Origin: Bacillota bacterium
Lineage (GTDB): Bacteria; Bacillota; Clostridia; Christensenellales; CAG-138
DNA: 36,232 nt
NCBI GenBank assembly: GCA_023435855.1
Contig: JAEZLG010000094.1
Coordinates: 1 to 36,232 of the forward strand
Direction of reading: 5' to 3'
In this document: piece by piece, positions 24,774 to 33,657 of the stretch
Layout: every line of letters starts with the position of its first letter
Numbering within the stretch: the first letter of the stretch is position 1
Position numbers and translations under genes: made by a program
Notes under the pieces: generated by a model
What the model was told of the DNA's origin: nothing
The model's database searches: none
What the model saw: the letters and a program-made list of their open reading frames with translations, nothing else

Positions 24774-25007
24774 ATGCGCATTAAAAATATCACGGAACCC
24801 TCCCGCTTTTTTGATGCGGTTAATGCATGCAAGGGTTCGGTGGAGCTTTTGACAGGCGAGGGAGACAGGCTTAACTTAAAATCCACACTGTGCCGCTACA
24901 TAGCCCTCACGCAGATGTTTCGGGAGGAACGCGTGTCGGAAGTGGAGCTTTCGCTGAGCGACGAAAGGGACATGGAAACCCTGAAGGAATTCCTGGTGAC
25001 AAAGTAA
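24774..25007 (+). CDS. Hypothetical small protein (77 aa)
   Basis: ATG 24774 is preceded by AAGAGG. Ends at the strong terminator at 25031. Confidence 0.55.
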   Translation: MRIKNITEPSRFFDAVNACKGSVELLTGEGDRLNLKSTLCRYIALTQMFREERVSEVELSLSDERDMETLKEFLVTK

Positions 25008-25030
25008 ACGCATAAAATACACAAAGTAAA

Positions 25031-25071
25031 GGCTCCGCCTCAACCGAGGCGGAGCCTATATATGTTTTTTT
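25031..25071. terminator. Bidirectional intrinsic terminator
   Basis: 11-bp stem GGCTCCGCCTC-aacc-GAGGCGGAGCC followed by a T7 run, with an A-rich 5' flank. Confidence 0.75.
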
Positions 25072-25726
25072 ATTTGGCAACCGTCAGTGTTATAATCCTG
25101 TCTGAGCCGAGGCTTTCTTTGGTGAGGTGCGCTTCCGGCTGGCGAAGCCGATGGATGGAACAGTTTCGCGCGGCATTTAAAAACGGCAGAACACCTTTTA
25201 TCACTTCACCTAGGCGAAGGCTTGTGTCTTCGGTTTTATAATGCATGGGGATTACCACTTTGGGCTTTAGTAAGTTGCATAGCTCGAGCGCATCTTTGTG
25301 GTCGATGGTGTAATACCCGCCCACGGGTACGAGAAGTACGTCAATTGCACCTAGCTTTTTGAGCGTTTCCTCATCCGGCATAGTGCCTATGTCGCCTGCA
25401 TGCAACACGCGAATATCGTCAAGCTCCACTACATACAGCATGTTCGCACCACGTTTTTTACCCTGCACTTCATCGTGCCACCACGGTACGCCGATTAAGG
25501 TAACGTCATCAAGCTCATGTATACCTGCTTCGGTCACGCGGATAGGATCGCCTTGTGCGAGCGCAAAATTGCTATGGTCGCTATGGTCATGGCTTGAAAC
25601 CACAATATCTGCCTTCATGGGCAGTATGTGATAGCCGGTAGAGGCGTCGGGCGGATCCATCAAAATACGTACGCCGGAGCTGCCTGTCAGCAAAAAACAA
25701 GAGTGACCGTACCATTTGATCTCCAT
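25070..25726 (-). CDS. MBL-fold metallo-hydrolase (UPF0173-like)
   Basis: 218 aa. Has SHDHSDH (HxHxDH) and downstream His/Asp ligands. Confidence 0.85.
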   Translation of the reverse strand: MEIKWYGHSCFLLTGSSGVRILMDPPDASTGYHILPMKADIVVSSHDHSDHSNFALAQGDPIRVTEAGIHELDDVTLIGVPWWHDEVQGKKRGANMLYVVELDDIRVLHAGDIGTMPDEETLKKLGAIDVLLVPVGGYYTIDHKDALELCNLLKPKVVIPMHYKTEDTSLRLGEVIKGVLPFLNAARNCSIHRLRQPEAHLTKESLGSDRIITLTVAK

Positions 25727-25758
25727 GAATAGACCTCCTTAATAGGATAATTGCCGTA

Positions 25759-26388
25759 TCAGCCATTGAGCGCGTGAAGCCCTATAGATATGCAGCGTGC
25801 TGCGCATGCACCGGCTCCCCCGCTTTTTTGATAAAGCGCCATGCGCTCGCGAAGGGGGATATCCGCTCCGAAGCCGAGCGCGTGCTCTGCGGCAAGCATT
25901 AATCGAATTTTTAACGCCTTTTTATCGTTTAGCTTTTCCAATACCCCAAGCGCGCTCCAAACCATAGGACGTGTTTCTTTGGGACAACCGTCCCCGCTTT
26001 TTTTTGCCAGCATCAGCGTGCGAGAAAGCGCGTATTCGGCGCGGCTTTCTATACGCTCGGGCAGTATAGGAAGCGGGAGCTCTTCGTTTATTTGGCTTAC
26101 CGCAGCATCGAAAAACGCATCGGTCAGCGAAAAGCAAAGCCTGCCATCGCATTCAAAAACGCGCTCCACAAGTTTTACGCCGTAAAGCGTTTGCACGTGC
26201 TCGCGATTGAATGCCTGCAGTCGTAGGGCAAGAAATTCTGCGGGAATATGGTATGCGAGAGGGAGTGCGGTCGAAGCTTCGCTTGCGGCCGCCGCGCAGA
26301 AGATGTCTTTCGGAGCCGCCTCAAGCTGCGCGCCGTCATTTAATAACGCGCATAACGCCTCTTTCACCAAAGCGTATGTATTTTGCAA
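25759..26388 (-). CDS. Hypothetical protein resembling the N-terminal add-on and DALR anticodon-binding parts of arginyl-tRNA synthetase, without a catalytic core
   Basis: 209 aa, TTG start after AAGAGG. VERVFECDGRLCFSLTDAFF resembles the ArgRS N-domain (VEIAGPGFINFFL-type) segment. No HIGH or KMSKS motif is present. Assigned from memory only. Confidence 0.4.
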   Translation of the reverse strand: MQNTYALVKEALCALLNDGAQLEAAPKDIFCAAAASEASTALPLAYHIPAEFLALRLQAFNREHVQTLYGVKLVERVFECDGRLCFSLTDAFFDAAVSQINEELPLPILPERIESRAEYALSRTLMLAKKSGDGCPKETRPMVWSALGVLEKLNDKKALKIRLMLAAEHALGFGADIPLRERMALYQKSGGAGACAARCISIGLHALNG

Positions 26389-26494
26389 AAATATTATTCC
26401 TCTTTGCGCGGATTTACATTAGAGTAATAGGTTTTAGCTTCTTTGTCAAAGAAAATCATGATATATTCTTCACAAATACAAATGTCGACAAGCT

Positions 26495-27298
26495 TTACCA
26501 AATTTCGCGGTGTATTCGTGCCTCGTTATAGAGCGCGTTTTCTGCTTTAGCTTCTGCGCTTACACCGATGGCGATCAGCGCCATCGGGCGGATGTGCTCG
26601 GGCAAGGAAAAAGCTTCCGCAATGGCGCGATAAAAACCCGTTCCCTGTCTTACACCGCACCAGCAGCCGCCTAAATTTAGGGACGTTATGGCGATAAGCA
26701 TATTCTCAGCGGCCGCGCCGCAGTCGGCAAGAAGCCATTCGAGTATACCCTGCACCACTCTGTCACCACATATCACAACGGCGGCTGAAGCACTTTTCAG
26801 CATGTTCACATAGGGGCTATAGTCCGTGAGCCAATGCATTTTATCGCGATTGCGCAATACGACAAAGTGGAGCGGGCGTTTATTGCTCGCCGAAGGTGCA
26901 TTAAAGCCTGCATTTAAAATGGCGTTGAGCGCATCATCGTCGATTTGCTCGCCCGTAAACGTGCGTATACTGCGCCGCGCGGCAATGGTTTTAAGCGTAT
27001 CGTTTTTTATAAGCGTAGGGACGCCTTTATTCTGTGTTTCAGCCTCACGTGGTTCGATCTTTAAGGCGATATTTCGCGCTTCGCCTGTAATGCCGAGCTT
27101 TTTTAAAAGCGCGGCGTTAAAAAGTACACAAAAGCTTCCGCCGCCTCGTGCGAGAAGCTTCGTTTGAAAGCTTACTTTATTTATTTCACATTGCGCGTAA
27201 ATGCTGCCCTTGGGGATGGAAAATGCTTCGCGGGCGTTAAACGGGAGCATAGCTGTGACGACGTTACCGTCTTTTAGAATGTCAACAATGCATTCCAT
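26495..27298 (-). CDS. DUF1905-like domain fused to a nitroreductase-family domain
   Basis: 267 aa. The N-terminal ~85 aa look DUF1905-like. The C-terminus has RRSIRTFTGEQIDD...NAPSASNKRPLHFVV, typical of NAD(P)H nitroreductases. Strong AGGAGGG SD. The start is 1 nt from the HD-gene stop. Confidence 0.75.
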   Translation of the reverse strand: MECIVDILKDGNVVTAMLPFNAREAFSIPKGSIYAQCEINKVSFQTKLLARGGGSFCVLFNAALLKKLGITGEARNIALKIEPREAETQNKGVPTLIKNDTLKTIAARRSIRTFTGEQIDDDALNAILNAGFNAPSASNKRPLHFVVLRNRDKMHWLTDYSPYVNMLKSASAAVVICGDRVVQGILEWLLADCGAAAENMLIAITSLNLGGCWCGVRQGTGFYRAIAEAFSLPEHIRPMALIAIGVSAEAKAENALYNEARIHREIW

Positions 27299-27299
27299 A

Positions 27300-27878
27300 T
27301 CATCCCTCCTGAGGCTTTACGCCGATGTTAAGCTCGTCCGTAAAACGGCGCATGCCTTCAATGGTGCGCTCAATAACTTTTTCTAGCGGCAAATCAAGCA
27401 TTTCGCAGCCCTTTAAAATAAGGTCCCGGTCGCATTTGGCTGCAAAGCGCCTGTCTTTGAATTTTTTCATCACGCTTTTCACTTCAAGATCTAATATACC
27501 GTTTGGGCGCATAAGAGCCGTCGTCATAACGATACCCGTAAGCTCGTCCACCGTATAAAGGCTTTTTTCTAAGTTTGTCTGCGGCTCCACATCATTTCGT
27601 ATTTTATAGCCGTGTGCGAGAATGGCACGAATATCCTTCTCGTCTACATTTTCGCCCTCTAAAAGCTCCCGCACATGGTCGAGATGTTCTTCCGGGTATT
27701 TTTCAAAGTCCACATCGTGCAGGTAACCGATTGCCTCATAGTATTTGGCATTTTCGCCGAACTCTTCGGCCATAGCACCCATCGCTGCACTCACGGCAAG
27801 CGCATGCGTGAATAGATGCTTCTCGGTAACATGTTTTTCTAAGAGTACCTTCGCGCGCTCTAACGTCAATTCTGCCAT
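27300..27878 (-). CDS. HD-domain phosphohydrolase
   Basis: Start moved to ATG 27878 (MAELTLERAK...) after CAGGGGG. Has H..HDVD (GYLHDVDFEKY). TTGCTT-17-TATACT promoter upstream. Confidence 0.8.
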   Translation of the reverse strand: MAELTLERAKVLLEKHVTEKHLFTHALAVSAAMGAMAEEFGENAKYYEAIGYLHDVDFEKYPEEHLDHVRELLEGENVDEKDIRAILAHGYKIRNDVEPQTNLEKSLYTVDELTGIVMTTALMRPNGILDLEVKSVMKKFKDRRFAAKCDRDLILKGCEMLDLPLEKVIERTIEGMRRFTDELNIGVKPQEG

Positions 27879-28052
27879 ACTGTGCCCCCTGATTAGGATG
27901 GTATTGCGGTTTTTGTCCGCTTTTTTCAAATAGTATAGCTTTTTTACTGTACGGAAGCAATAATATGCATTTCATGTCCGGTGCAATGCGGCTAAAATCG
28001 GCTGTTTCATATGCATCGGTGTAACTTTATTCGTTTTCTGCAAAAAAAGCGC

Positions 28053-28081
28053 TTGACAGAACCGCAGTGCGTATATAATAT
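28053..28081 (+). promoter_or_regulatory. Promoter of the small hydrophobic-peptide gene
   Basis: TTGACA (28053-28058). The -10 is either TATAAT (28074-28079, 15-nt spacer) or TAATAT (28076-28081, 17-nt spacer). Confidence 0.5.
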
Positions 28082-28116
28082 ATTATTTAAATCTTGCGCG
28101 AAAGGAGCGGTGCGAA

Positions 28117-28299
28117 ATGTCGGATAAACGAATGTGTGTTCAATTAAACCATTTGTTTTTAGCCTCTGTCGCTGTGTCGGCGGTTCTTTTCGTGTCCGCG
28201 ATTTCTGCGCTTAGCATTATAAGCATTATTGGCGTACTCATTATTAGCATGCTCGTACTTGTACGCAGCAATGTTCCCGTGAGGAAACCGGTCCGATAA
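28117..28299 (+). CDS. Small hydrophobic membrane peptide (60 aa)
   Basis: AAAGGAG SD 8 nt upstream. MSDKRMCVQLNH, then a ~37-aa uninterrupted hydrophobic stretch, then a basic tail RSNVPVRKPVR. Has its own promoter and terminator (monocistronic). Confidence 0.6.
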   Translation: MSDKRMCVQLNHLFLASVAVSAVLFVSAISALSIISIIGVLIISMLVLVRSNVPVRKPVR

Positions 28300-28322
28300 A
28301 GCTTATTAACAAAGCTGACTAA

Positions 28323-28354
28323 GGGCGGTCCACGGGAACGGGGGCCGCCCTTTT
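28323..28354 (+). terminator. Intrinsic terminator
   Basis: GGGCGGTCC-acgggaacg-GGGGCCGCCC followed by TTTTG. Confidence 0.7.
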
Positions 28355-28462
28355 GTATACAGAATTATAATTATTCAAGGAGATTCAACCATGAAAAAGA
28401 AACTTGCCCTATTCCTCGCGCTTAAGGATCCATAACGCAATTCTCAAAACGTATATTATCGC

Positions 28463-28491
28463 TTGACATGCAGGGGCATGAACACTAGAGT
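28463..28491 (+). promoter_or_regulatory. Sigma-A-type promoter of the LIV-type ABC operon
   Basis: TTGACA, 17-nt spacer, TAGAGT, followed by a ~150-nt leader before the SBP start codon. Confidence 0.55.
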
Positions 28492-28642
28492 TTAGAAAAG
28501 TCTTGAGCCGATGCTTGGTTATGTGCTTTTTTAACCGGATTGTATGCTCGGATTGTTCTGTATAAATATAAGTTGTGGCGGCTTGTGCCACCAGTTAGCT
28601 TGTATGGATAATATTTTTACAAAGATAGAGGAGAATATGATT

Positions 28643-29866
28643 ATGAAAAAGTTGCTCTGTACGGTACTCGCTCTCGTTTTTGTGCTCAGCATGATCGCGG
28701 GCTGCAGCAGTGGAAATGACGCCGGTGCACCGACCGCTCCCATCGAAACCCCCGACAATGCCCCCGCCGAGCCCTCCGGTGAGGAAACGAGTGCCCCCGT
28801 CAGCGCTTTACCCTTCAAAATTGGCGGTACCGGCCCTCTGACTGGAGGCGCTGCCATCTATGGCAACGCAGCCAAGAACGGCGCACAGATTGCCGTTGAC
28901 GAGATCAACGCTCTGGGCGGCATCCAGTTCGAACTCAAGTATGAGGATGACGAGCATGACGCTGAAAAGGCGGTAAACGCCTACAACGCCCTCAAAGACT
29001 GGGGCATGCAGATTTCTCTCGGCTCCGTTACCAGCACGCCCTGCGTCGCTACGAGCGCAGAAACATATGCCGACAGGATTTTTGCCCTTACACCTTCCGC
29101 TTCCGCAACCGCGGTCATCGAAGGCAAGGACAATATGTATCAGATGTGCTTTACCGATCCCAACCAGGGCTCCGCTTCCGCCCAGTACATATTTGACAAG
29201 CAGCTTGGCACAAAGATCGCCGTCATCTACAAAAACGACGACGTGTACTCCAAGGGCATCTACAGCACATTTGAAAGCAAGGCCAATGAGCTTGGCCTGA
29301 CGATCGTTTCCACCACCACCTTTACAGAAGACAGCCAGACGGACTTCTCCGTTCAGCTGACCGACGCGAAGAACAACGGTGCGGATCTTGTGTTCCTGCC
29401 CATCTACTATACACCCGCCTCTTTGCTCCTTCAGCAGGCGAAGTCGATGGACTATGCGCCCAAATACTTTGGCGTGGACGGTATGGATGGCATCCTCACG
29501 CTCGAAGCTTTTGACGTTTCCCTGGCGGAAGGCGTCATGCTGCTCACCCCGTTCAACGCGGACTCTACCGATGAGCGCACCGTCGCCTTCGTACGTAAAT
29601 ATAACGAAGCCTTCGGCGAAAACCCCAACCAGTTCGCCGCCGATGGGTATGACTGCGTGTATGCCTACAAGGCCGCGCTTGAGGCCGCAGGCTGCACACC
29701 CGATATGAGCGCTGCCGATATCTGCGAAAAAATGGTTGCGGCATTCCCCACCATTACCTTTGACGGTCTGACCGGCGCGGGCATGACTTGGGCTGCCACC
29801 GGCGAAGTTTCCAAGAGCCCCAAGGGCATGGTCATCCAGAGCGGCACTTACGTCGGCATGGACTAA
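28643..29866 (+). CDS. Branched-chain/hydrophobic amino-acid ABC transporter substrate-binding lipoprotein (LivJ/K family)
   Basis: Start at ATG 28643 (9 nt after AGGAG; ATG 28637 is the alternative). MKKLLCTVLALVFVLSMIAGC lipobox, a Pro/Ala/Glu linker, then the periplasmic-binding-protein type-1 fold (GGTGPLTGGAAIYG...). Confidence 0.9.
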   Translation: MKKLLCTVLALVFVLSMIAGCSSGNDAGAPTAPIETPDNAPAEPSGEETSAPVSALPFKIGGTGPLTGGAAIYGNAAKNGAQIAVDEINALGGIQFELKYEDDEHDAEKAVNAYNALKDWGMQISLGSVTSTPCVATSAETYADRIFALTPSASATAVIEGKDNMYQMCFTDPNQGSASAQYIFDKQLGTKIAVIYKNDDVYSKGIYSTFESKANELGLTIVSTTTFTEDSQTDFSVQLTDAKNNGADLVFLPIYYTPASLLLQQAKSMDYAPKYFGVDGMDGILTLEAFDVSLAEGVMLLTPFNADSTDERTVAFVRKYNEAFGENPNQFAADGYDCVYAYKAALEAAGCTPDMSAADICEKMVAAFPTITFDGLTGAGMTWAATGEVSKSPKGMVIQSGTYVGMD

Positions 29867-29894
29867 ACCGTTTTGCCTTTGCACTGTTTAAAAA

Positions 29895-29928
29895 AGAGAG
29901 GGCCGCCGAGTAAGCTCGGCAGCTCTCT
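29895..29928 (+). other. Intercistronic GC-rich hairpin between the SBP and permease genes
   Basis: AGAGAGGGCCGCCGAG-taag-CTCGGCAGCTCTCT: a 6-bp perfect inner stem plus a ~7-bp outer stem with an internal bulge. No U-tract follows. Confidence 0.5.
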
Positions 29929-30012
29929 TCCTTCCATTCTACATATACAAAAGACGGGTACTTTACGGCTCCGTTTTTGGAACGCGTGAAGAGAAACGAG
30001 GGGATACCGGTT

Positions 30013-30894
30013 ATGACTTTTCTCTCCTATTTGATAAGCGGCATCAGCCTGGGAAGCGTTTATGCAATTATAGCGTTGGGCTATACGATGGTCTACGGCA
30101 TTGCAAAAATGCTCAATTTTGCCCATGGCGACGTCATTATGATCGGCGCTTATATCTGCTTCTTCGCCACCTCCCGCTGGAACCTGCCCCCCATCGTCGG
30201 GGTGCTGCTGGCGATGATCGTATGCACGGCGTTGGGCGTCGTCATAGAGCGCATGGCGTATAAGCCGCTAAGATCCGCGCCCTCACTCGCGGTGCTGATT
30301 ACCGCAATCGGCATGAGTTACTTTCTGCAAAACTCCGCGCAATTGCTGTGGACTTCCAACCCCAAAGTGTTTGCGTCTGTGGTCTCCGACGCGTCACTCA
30401 AGCTTTTTAACGGCCAGCTTTCCGTATCGTTCATTGCCATTGTTACGGTGGCCATCTGCGTTATAATTATGATTGTGCTTACATGGTTTACAAAGAAGAC
30501 AAAGATGGGCAAGGCCATGCGCGCCTGCTCTGAAGATAAGGGTGCCGCGCAACTGATGGGGATCAATGTTAATTTGACCATCTCCGTCACATTTGCCATA
30601 GGCTCGGCGCTTGCGGCGATCGCTGGCGTACTTCTCTGCTCCGCTTACCCGACGCTTATGCCCACCACCGGCTCCATGCCCGGTATCAAAGCGTTTACCG
30701 CCGCCGTATTCGGCGGTATCGGCTCCATTCCCGGCGCGATGCTCGGCGGCATACTGCTGGGTATTATTGAGATATTCGGCAAGGGCTATGTTTCCACACA
30801 GCTTTCCGACGCCATCGTGTTTGCTGTCCTCATCATCATCCTGCTGGTCAAGCCCGCCGGGCTCCTGGGCAAGCAGGTCAGCGAGAAAGTTTGA
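30013..30894 (+). CDS. livH: Branched-chain amino-acid ABC transporter permease (LivH type)
   Basis: Start at ATG 30013 after GAGGGG. Has MTFLSYLISGISLGSVYAIIALGYTMVYG..., typical of LivH. Multi-TM. Confidence 0.9.
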   Translation: MTFLSYLISGISLGSVYAIIALGYTMVYGIAKMLNFAHGDVIMIGAYICFFATSRWNLPPIVGVLLAMIVCTALGVVIERMAYKPLRSAPSLAVLITAIGMSYFLQNSAQLLWTSNPKVFASVVSDASLKLFNGQLSVSFIAIVTVAICVIIMIVLTWFTKKTKMGKAMRACSEDKGAAQLMGINVNLTISVTFAIGSALAAIAGVLLCSAYPTLMPTTGSMPGIKAFTAAVFGGIGSIPGAMLGGILLGIIEIFGKGYVSTQLSDAIVFAVLIIILLVKPAGLLGKQVSEKV

Positions 30895-30903
30895 GGTGGC
30901 GGT

Positions 30904-31974
30904 ATGATAAAAATCAGCAAAACTGCACGCACCAACATTTTGGCATATGGCTTCGTCATTGCTGCGTTCATCGTGCTTCAACTCTTTATCGGCAGCGGCA
31001 GCATCACCTCCTCGCTTCAGGGGCAGCTCGTTCCCATCTGCGCGTATGTGGTGATGGCGGTATCGCTGAACCTGACGGTCGGCGTGCTGGGCGAACTTTC
31101 CCTGGGACATGCTGGGTTTATGAGCATTGGCGCTTTTGCAGGCGCCGTAACCTGCATCGGCTTAGAGAACACCATTGCTTTAGTACCCCTGCGTCTGGGC
31201 ATTTCCATGGCCGTTGCCGCCATTTGCGCCGGAGCCGCGGGAGTACTGATCGGCATACCCGTTCTGCGATTAAGAGGAGACTATCTTGCGATCGTTACGC
31301 TGGCATTCGGCGAGATCATTAAGAATATCATCAACTGCCTTTATGTGGGGGTGGACAGCCGTGGGCTTCACATCAGCTTCCTCACGAACGCCCAGGCGCT
31401 TAACCTCCAGGAAGGCGGGCGGGTGATTATCGACGGCCCTATGGGGATTGCCGGCATTACAAAAGTATCCACATTTACCGCCGGGTTTATTCTGATACTT
31501 ATTACGCTCTTTATCGTGCTCAACCTGATCGACAGCCGTTCCGGGCGGGCAATCATGGCGCTACGGGATAACCGCATTGCGGCGGAGAGCGTGGGTACTC
31601 CGATAACGAAGTATAAGATGATGGCATTCGTCACCTCCGCGGCGCTTGCCGGTGCCGCGGGTACGCTGTATGCCATGAACTACTCCACCATCGTTGCAAG
31701 CAAGTTCAACTTCAGTACCTCAATACTTATTCTGGTATTTGTGGTATTGGGCGGGCTTGGCAATATACTTGGTTCCGTCATTGCCGCCGCCGCGCTTACC
31801 GTGCTTCCTGAGCTTTTACGTGAGTTCAACGATTATCGCATGCTGGTATACGCTATCGTGCTTATCCTGATAATGCTTGCCACCAACAGTAAGAACATCA
31901 AGGCGCTGCTTGACCGTTTCAGGAAAAGCGTAAGCTCTGCAGGCGCAATCGGGAAAGGGGGGAACGGCCAATGA
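30904..31974 (+). CDS. livM: Branched-chain amino-acid ABC transporter permease (LivM type)
   Basis: 356 aa, multi-TM. Has GELSLGHAGFMSIGAF and LRGDYLAIVTLAFGEI. Confidence 0.9.
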   Translation: MIKISKTARTNILAYGFVIAAFIVLQLFIGSGSITSSLQGQLVPICAYVVMAVSLNLTVGVLGELSLGHAGFMSIGAFAGAVTCIGLENTIALVPLRLGISMAVAAICAGAAGVLIGIPVLRLRGDYLAIVTLAFGEIIKNIINCLYVGVDSRGLHISFLTNAQALNLQEGGRVIIDGPMGIAGITKVSTFTAGFILILITLFIVLNLIDSRSGRAIMALRDNRIAAESVGTPITKYKMMAFVTSAALAGAAGTLYAMNYSTIVASKFNFSTSILILVFVVLGGLGNILGSVIAAAALTVLPELLREFNDYRMLVYAIVLILIMLATNSKNIKALLDRFRKSVSSAGAIGKGGNGQ

Positions 31975-32816
31975 ATAAGCAGCCCGAAACAAAGCTGGTA
32001 CCCGTGCCCTCTACAAACATCATTCCGGAACGCGACGCAGACAAACCGCCGATACTTGAGGCGCGTCATTTGGGCATCGATTTCGGCGGGCTTGTCGCCG
32101 TGGATGAATTCAACATAGCCATCGGCCGCACCGAAATCATGGGGCTTATCGGGCCCAACGGTGCGGGAAAAACGACGATATTCAATCTTCTTACTAAGGT
32201 GTATCAGCCCACCCGCGGCTCTATACTTCTTAACGGCCGGGATACCTATAATATGAACACCGTCCAGGCGAACAGATCCGGTATCGCCCGCACGTTCCAG
32301 AATATTCGGCTGTTTTCCAGCCTCACGGTCGAGGATAATGTAAAACTGGGCCTACATAACCATATCCATTACGGCATGTGGCGCGGCATTTTCCGTCTGC
32401 CCGGTTATTGGAAGGGCGAAAAGCAGGCGCATGATCTGGCGATGGAGCTGCTCTCCCTATTCGACCTGCAAGGTATGGCCCAATATCGAGCGGGCTCTTT
32501 GCCCTATGGCGCGCAGCGCAAGCTTGAGATCGTCCGCGCGCTTGCCACCAAACCGACGCTGCTGCTGCTAGACGAGCCCGCGGCGGGCATGAATCCTTCG
32601 GAAACAGCCGAGCTGATGGACAATATCGTAAAGCTGCGCGATACCTTTGACATCGCCATTATGCTCATCGAGCATGATATGAAACTGGTGATGGGAATTT
32701 GCGAGGGCATCTGCGTGCTCAACTTCGGTAAAATCATCGCCAAAGGCACCCCGAGCGAGATCCAGAACAACCCCGAGGTCATCGAGGCTTATCTGGGCAA
32801 GAGGAGGGAGAGCTGA
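31971..32816 (+). CDS. livG: Branched-chain amino-acid ABC transporter ATP-binding protein (LivG type)
   Basis: 281 aa. GPNGAGKTT, LPYGAQRKLE, LLLLDEPAAGMNP. ATGA overlap with livM. Confidence 0.9.
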   Translation: MNKQPETKLVPVPSTNIIPERDADKPPILEARHLGIDFGGLVAVDEFNIAIGRTEIMGLIGPNGAGKTTIFNLLTKVYQPTRGSILLNGRDTYNMNTVQANRSGIARTFQNIRLFSSLTVEDNVKLGLHNHIHYGMWRGIFRLPGYWKGEKQAHDLAMELLSLFDLQGMAQYRAGSLPYGAQRKLEIVRALATKPTLLLLDEPAAGMNPSETAELMDNIVKLRDTFDIAIMLIEHDMKLVMGICEGICVLNFGKIIAKGTPSEIQNNPEVIEAYLGKRRES

Positions 32817-32820
32817 CGCC

Positions 32821-33519
<699 letters not shown>

Positions 33520-33535
33520 AATGTAACAAAAAAAT

Positions 33536-33570
33536 GCGCATCGCAAAGAAAACTTGCGGTGTGCTTTTTT
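33536..33570 (+). terminator. Intrinsic terminator of the LIV operon
   Basis: 11-bp stem GCGCATCGCAA/TTGCGGTGTGC (two G-U pairs) followed by TTTTTT. Confidence 0.75.
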
Positions 33571-33590
33571 ATACGGAGTGCAGAGGAAGG

Positions 33591-33619
33591 TTGAAAATCG
33601 GAAGGCTTAAGGGTACTAT
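33591..33619 (+). promoter_or_regulatory. Sigma-A-type promoter of the amidohydrolase gene
   Basis: TTGAAA, 17-nt spacer, TACTAT. GGGGAGAGG SD precedes ATG 33658. Confidence 0.5.
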
Positions 33620-33657
33620 AGTGCGTGAGAGATATTATAACCGGGGAGAGGTAATGT

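Noticed and set aside
28360-28400. Antisense promoter for a type I antitoxin RNA opposite the 60-aa peptide gene (minus-strand TTGAAT ... TATAAT).
   Set aside because: The spacer is only 13 nt, and the TATAAT arises from a palindromic AATTATAATT. This is not convincing without transcript data.
28439-28453. AATTCTCAAAACGTA just upstream of the LIV promoter as a CodY box (AATTTTCWGAAAATT).
   Set aside because: Only about 10 of 15 positions match, which is too weak to call without a scoring matrix.
28808-29884. 358-aa minus-strand ORF. Similar long antisense ORFs occur at 30394-31110, 32962-33546, 12611-13237, 34540-35154, 823-1428, 909-1511 and 35380-35793.
   Set aside because: All are shadow frames opposite well-supported genes with recognisable domains. 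They lack an SD and any recognisable motif, and are explained by GC3-rich codon usage on the sense strand.
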